Shown here: piece after piece, positions 60,082 through 64,000 of the stretch
How the letters are laid out: each line of letters opens with the position of its first letter
How positions within the stretch are numbered: position 1 is the first letter of the stretch
Notes under the pieces: model-generated
Databases searched by the model: none
What the model saw: only the letters and a program-made list of their open reading frames with translations
What the model was told of the DNA's origin: nothing
Program-made: the position numbers and the translations under genes
Assembly (NCBI GenBank): GCA_964553335.1
Contig: CAZKKW010000001.1
Location: 4,645 to 68,644 of the forward strand
Direction of reading: 5' to 3'
Length of the DNA: 64,000 nucleotides
DNA from: an uncultured Hyphomicrobiales bacterium
Lineage (GTDB): Bacteria > Pseudomonadota > Alphaproteobacteria > Rhizobiales > JACESI01

Positions 60082-61065
60082 ATGGCTCGTTATGACCGCC
60101 CAAAGGCTGCGCATGAGATTGTGGAGATGTTACCAGCATCCCCGCAACCAAACATTGTGCTTGGCATGGTCTTAATGTGCACCGCCATGCTGGCTGCCCC
60201 TGCCATGGATATTATAGCGAAGTATTTGGGCACAGACGGTGAGGTAGCACCTGGTGTTGTAACCTTTGGTCGGTTTGTGGTGCAGGCGGTTATCTTATTC
60301 AGTTTGATGCTGTTGTTGGTCGCAACCTCTCGCAGAAAACGGATCTGGCCAAAGAACATTGCAATCAATCTGCTTCGTGGCGCGATGATGGGGTGTGCTG
60401 CGTTTTTATTTTTTACCGCCGTAACTTTCATGCCAGTGGCCGACGCAATCGCGATCTTCTTCGTTGAGCCATTCATTTTGACCATTTTCTCCGCACTCTT
60501 GTTGGGCGAGAGCGTGGGATGGCGTCGACGTATTGCGGTCTTGGTCGGTTTTGGTGGGGCGTTGTTGATTATCCAGCCAAGCTTCCAAGAACTCGGAGTT
60601 GTGGCGCTGTTGCCAGTTGCGACTGCCTTTATCTTTGCGCTCTATCTCATTTTAACCCGTAAATATGCGGGGCAGGATGATCCATTCTCGATGCAGCTTA
60701 CAGCGGGGGTGGGTGGTGCTTTGACCATGTTTATCGCCTTGATCATCGGCGGCAACATGCTTGGCATTGATCCGCTCGTTGCTACATGGCCGCAAACCAG
60801 CTTCACATGGTCTCTGGTCGTGCTTTTGGGCCTGCTTGGTACTGGCAGTCATCTCTTGATTGTTTTCGCCTTTGCTCGCGCTCCAGCCAGTATTTTGGCC
60901 CCGTTCCAATATGTCGAGATCGTCAGCGGTACGATCCTTGGCTATGTGGTGTTCAGAGATTTCCCTGACCTCATAAAATGGGTTGGTATTTTCATCATCG
61001 TTGGATCAGGCATTTATATCTTTTGGCGTGAGGCAATGAATTCAAAATTGGAAGGGAAGTCGTGA
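60082..61065 (+). CDS. DMT (EamA-like) family transporter embedded between pccB and pccA
   Basis: 327 aa with about 10 TM segments. The start is 11 nt after the pccB stop, and the stop is 36 nt before the pccA start. Confidence 0.82.
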   Translation: MARYDRPKAAHEIVEMLPASPQPNIVLGMVLMCTAMLAAPAMDIIAKYLGTDGEVAPGVVTFGRFVVQAVILFSLMLLLVATSRRKRIWPKNIAINLLRGAMMGCAAFLFFTAVTFMPVADAIAIFFVEPFILTIFSALLLGESVGWRRRIAVLVGFGGALLIIQPSFQELGVVALLPVATAFIFALYLILTRKYAGQDDPFSMQLTAGVGGALTMFIALIIGGNMLGIDPLVATWPQTSFTWSLVVLLGLLGTGSHLLIVFAFARAPASILAPFQYVEIVSGTILGYVVFRDFPDLIKWVGIFIIVGSGIYIFWREAMNSKLEGKS

Positions 61066-61101
61066 TTGTTTTGCGGCGACCGAAAGAGGAAGTTAAAGAC
61101 G

Positions 61102-63117
61102 ATGTTCGATAAGATATTGATTGCAAACCGTGGCGAAATCGCTTGTCGTGTTATGAAGACGGCAAGCCTTATGGGCATTAAAACGGTTGCCGTCTATTCA
61201 GACGCTGACGCACGCGCACCGCATGTTTTAATGGCAGATGAAGCGGTGAATATTGGCCCGCCAACGGCTGCTGAGTCTTATCTTGTAATCGAAAAAATAA
61301 TTGACGCTTGCAAACAAACAGGCGCTCAGGCCGTTCACCCGGGATATGGCTTTCTGTCTGAGAACCCATCCTTTGCAAAAGCACTCGATAAAGCAGGCAT
61401 CGCCTTTATTGGTCCCAACATTCGCGCGATCGAGGTCATGGGCGATAAAATTGAATCCAAGAAATTCGCCAATGACGCGAAGGTCAGCACGGTGCCGGGT
61501 TATCTTGGCGAAATTGAAAGCCCCGAAGAGGCGTTGAAAATTGCCGAAGATATCGGCTTTCCCGTAATGATTAAAGCCTCAGCTGGTGGCGGCGGCAAAG
61601 GTATGCGGATTGCTCGTTCTGCGTTAGAGGTGCCAGAAGGGTTTCAACTTGCAAAATCCGAGGCGAAAAACTCGTTCGGAGATGACCGTGTATTCATCGA
61701 AAAATTCGTTGAAGAACCGCGTCACATTGAAATTCAAGTGCTGGGTGATAAGCATGGCAATGCGATCTATTTGGGTGAGCGTGAATGTTCTATCCAGCGC
61801 CGCAACCAAAAAGTAATCGAAGAAGCGCCATCAGCCTTTTTGGATGAAGAAACCCGTCGCGCCATGGGCGAACAATCTGTCGCACTTGCAAAAGCGGTTG
61901 ATTATGAAAGTGCCGGCACAGTTGAATTCATCGTTGATCGGGACAAAAACTTCTACTTCCTTGAGATGAACACGCGCTTGCAGGTGGAGCATCCTGTCAC
62001 GGAACTGATCACCGGCGTTGATCTCGTTGAGCAGATGATCCGCGTTGCATACGGCGAAAAACTGGCGCTCCAGCAAGACGATATCAAACTGAATGGCTGG
62101 GCGATTGAAAGCCGTATTTATGCGGAAGACCCATTCCGCAATTTTCTACCCTCCATTGGTCGCCTAACAACCTACCGTCCACCAGAAGAGGGCGAATTTG
62201 ATGGGATCATTGTTCGTAACGACACGGGCGTGAGCGAAGGTTCGGAAATCTCGATGTTTTATGATCCGATGATTGCAAAACTCTGCACACATGCTGAAAC
62301 ACGCGAAGAGGCAACACTTGCCATGAGTGAGGCGCTTGACCAGTTCATCGTTGAAGGCATTCAGCACAATGTACCGTTTCTCTCAGCGCTAATGGCGCAC
62401 CCTAAATGGATGAGTGGAGACATCTCCACTAATTTCATCGCAGCAGAATATCCAGAAGGCTTTGAAGGCGTTGAAGCGGATGATGTGACGCAAGAAGCTT
62501 TTGTTGCGGCAACGCTCGCAATCGGGCTTTTACAGCGTGTTAGAACCGACAACCTTGGCAATCGTTTGCGCCCACACAATGGCGCGCTCAATCCTCATTG
62601 GGTGGCGATGCTGGGCCGTGATGCCCATCCGGTCATCTTAGCAGGCTTTGAACAAGATGAAGACACGATCATTGAGGCCGTTTTAAAAGAAGGTGATGAT
62701 CCCGTTACTATCGTCACCAATTGGGAAGCGGGCGAAAAACTATTCACCGCGCAAATTGATGGCCGTATCGTTCATATGCAGGTTAGTCAAAACGGCAGTG
62801 TGACAGAATTAAGCCAGCGCGGATCGACCGTTAAAGCCCGCCTAATGCGCCCACAAGATGCCGAGCTGATGGCCCATATGCCGATTAAGCTACCGCCTGA
62901 CACATCGAAGCTACTGCTATGCCCAATGCCGGGCTTGGTTGTTTCCATTGCTGTGAAAGAAGGCCAAACCGTGCAGGCAGGCGAGACGCTTGCAAGCGTT
63001 GAAGCCATGAAAATGGAAAACGTGCTACGCGCAGAACAAGACGTGGTGATTTCGAAAATCAATGCAGAGGTTGGCGAAAGCCTCGCCGTTGACGCTGTGA
63101 TTATGGAGTTTGAATAG
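61102..63117 (+). CDS. pccA: propionyl-CoA carboxylase alpha chain (biotin carboxylase + BCCP domain)
   Basis: [21 protein letters not shown] start (I prefer ATG 61102 to the ORF-track TTG 61066), an ATP-grasp domain ([23 protein letters not shown]), and the C-terminal biotinyl motif VEAMKMENV. Confidence 0.95.
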   Translation: MFDKILIANRGEIACRVMKTASLMGIKTVAVYSDADARAPHVLMADEAVNIGPPTAAESYLVIEKIIDACKQTGAQAVHPGYGFLSENPSFAKALDKAGIAFIGPNIRAIEVMGDKIESKKFANDAKVSTVPGYLGEIESPEEALKIAEDIGFPVMIKASAGGGGKGMRIARSALEVPEGFQLAKSEAKNSFGDDRVFIEKFVEEPRHIEIQVLGDKHGNAIYLGERECSIQRRNQKVIEEAPSAFLDEETRRAMGEQSVALAKAVDYESAGTVEFIVDRDKNFYFLEMNTRLQVEHPVTELITGVDLVEQMIRVAYGEKLALQQDDIKLNGWAIESRIYAEDPFRNFLPSIGRLTTYRPPEEGEFDGIIVRNDTGVSEGSEISMFYDPMIAKLCTHAETREEATLAMSEALDQFIVEGIQHNVPFLSALMAHPKWMSGDISTNFIAAEYPEGFEGVEADDVTQEAFVAATLAIGLLQRVRTDNLGNRLRPHNGALNPHWVAMLGRDAHPVILAGFEQDEDTIIEAVLKEGDDPVTIVTNWEAGEKLFTAQIDGRIVHMQVSQNGSVTELSQRGSTVKARLMRPQDAELMAHMPIKLPPDTSKLLLCPMPGLVVSIAVKEGQTVQAGETLASVEAMKMENVLRAEQDVVISKINAEVGESLAVDAVIMEFE

Positions 63118-63841
63118 AGGTGGTTTCCCCAACAGGGCCAAAAGTCTGTTCAAACGCCTGCTTCATCGCCACATCTATGTCGCTCATGGGCAATAAATAA
63201 CCAAGATCTTCAAAACTGGTCACGCCATGATCTTGCACGCCGCAAGCGATGATACCGTCAAAATGCGTGAGGTCGGGGCTGACATTTAGGCTTATCCCAT
63301 GAAAACTCACCCATTTGCGCAGGCGAATGCCGAGGGCTGCGATCTTGTCTTCAGCCATGCTGCCATCGAGGGCGAGGGGCCGTTCTGGCCTTGTTACCCA
63401 AACTCCAACACGATCCTCGCGGCGTTCGCCCTTAATGTTAAAGGCGTCGAGTGTATCAATCAGCCACTGTTCCAGCGCTTGCACATAAAGGCGCACATCT
63501 TGCGCGCGGGTTTTAAGATCTAGCATCACATAGGCAACGCGCTGACCCGGGCCGTGATAGGTATATTGGCCACCACGCCCTGTTTGGTGCACGGGGAAGC
63601 GTTCGGGACTGACGAGGTCTTTGCTGTCTGCACTCGTTCCTGCTGTATAAAGCGGCGGATGCTCCAACAGCCAGACACATTCACCAGCAGTACCATTGGC
63701 TATCTGCTGCGCACGATTTTCCATCGCGCTAAGGGCGGTTTCATAGTCCGTCTCCCCATCAGTAATGAGCCATTCAACAGGTTGCTGGGCAGATAAAGGA
63801 AAAAAATCCGGTCTTTCGTAAATAGATCTGCCTTGATTCAT
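63101..63841 (-). CDS. lipB: lipoyl(octanoyl) transferase
   Basis: 246 aa with [27 protein letters not shown] and [22 protein letters not shown] motifs. The 3' end overlaps the pccA 3' end by 17 nt. Confidence 0.9.
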   Translation of the reverse strand: MNQGRSIYERPDFFPLSAQQPVEWLITDGETDYETALSAMENRAQQIANGTAGECVWLLEHPPLYTAGTSADSKDLVSPERFPVHQTGRGGQYTYHGPGQRVAYVMLDLKTRAQDVRLYVQALEQWLIDTLDAFNIKGERREDRVGVWVTRPERPLALDGSMAEDKIAALGIRLRKWVSFHGISLNVSPDLTHFDGIIACGVQDHGVTSFEDLGYLLPMSDIDVAMKQAFEQTFGPVGETTSIQTP

Positions 63842-64000
63842 TGTTCAGTAACCATAAGGAGTCATCTTAGGGCGGTAATTCAACCGTTGTAAGTCCGTGT
63901 TTTACCGCGCGGATTGTATCTGTAAAGAGGCGCGTAGTGTCAGAAGAGTTAATATCAGGCGATAGCGTAAGTTCAAAGCCTCAAGATACGCCGATTGATG

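Noticed and set aside
63842-64000. Possible tRNA or start of another gene at the right edge
   Set aside because: No T-loop (GTTCGAATC-like) or cloverleaf is evident. A GTG at 63937 opens a frame that runs off the window, but 21 codons are too few to call.

Overview
This 64 kb window is densely packed core chromosome with about 55 protein genes on both strands and roughly 48-50% GC by eye. All product calls rest on motifs I could read in the supplied translations; no homology search was possible. Gene content and synteny look like an alphaproteobacterium of the Hyphomicrobiales/Rhizobiales type (an inference). The recognisable blocks are: recO-parC; bpt-RDD-hemB; MarR-like regulator plus L,D-transpeptidase; glyA-nrdR-ribD-ribE-ribH-nusB-thiL; hppA; class II RNR nrdJ; NDUFA12-like/DUF2155-like/aat/accC-accB-aroQ/DsbA-like/M48 protease; rne; amidase-mrcA-prfB; nadK; indolepyruvate-ferredoxin-oxidoreductase-like; panB; TPR/BamB-like/der; pccB-DMT-pccA; lipB. 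I recognised no rRNA, tRNA, CRISPR array, transposase, integrase, phage gene or known defence gene, so this is an ordinary housekeeping region rather than an accessory island. The observations most worth a second look are listed here. (1) A tightly coupled three-gene operon at 51.7-53.5 kb encodes two paralogous exported Cys/His-motif proteins I cannot place in any family, followed by a divergent SCO1/SenC-like protein. (2) prfB has a textbook +1 programmed frameshift, which the ORF track splits. (3) Tandem NrdR-box-like palindromes lie upstream of nrdJ, with nrdR in the same window, inside a ~760 bp gap with no supported CDS. (4) RNase E has a ~165-aa acidic insertion in its S1 region, a charge-blocked C-terminal tail ending in GWW, and a ~690 bp ORF-poor upstream region. 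(5) Short tandem duplications span the stop codons of two genes. None of these is proven novel, and the interest scores are deliberately modest.
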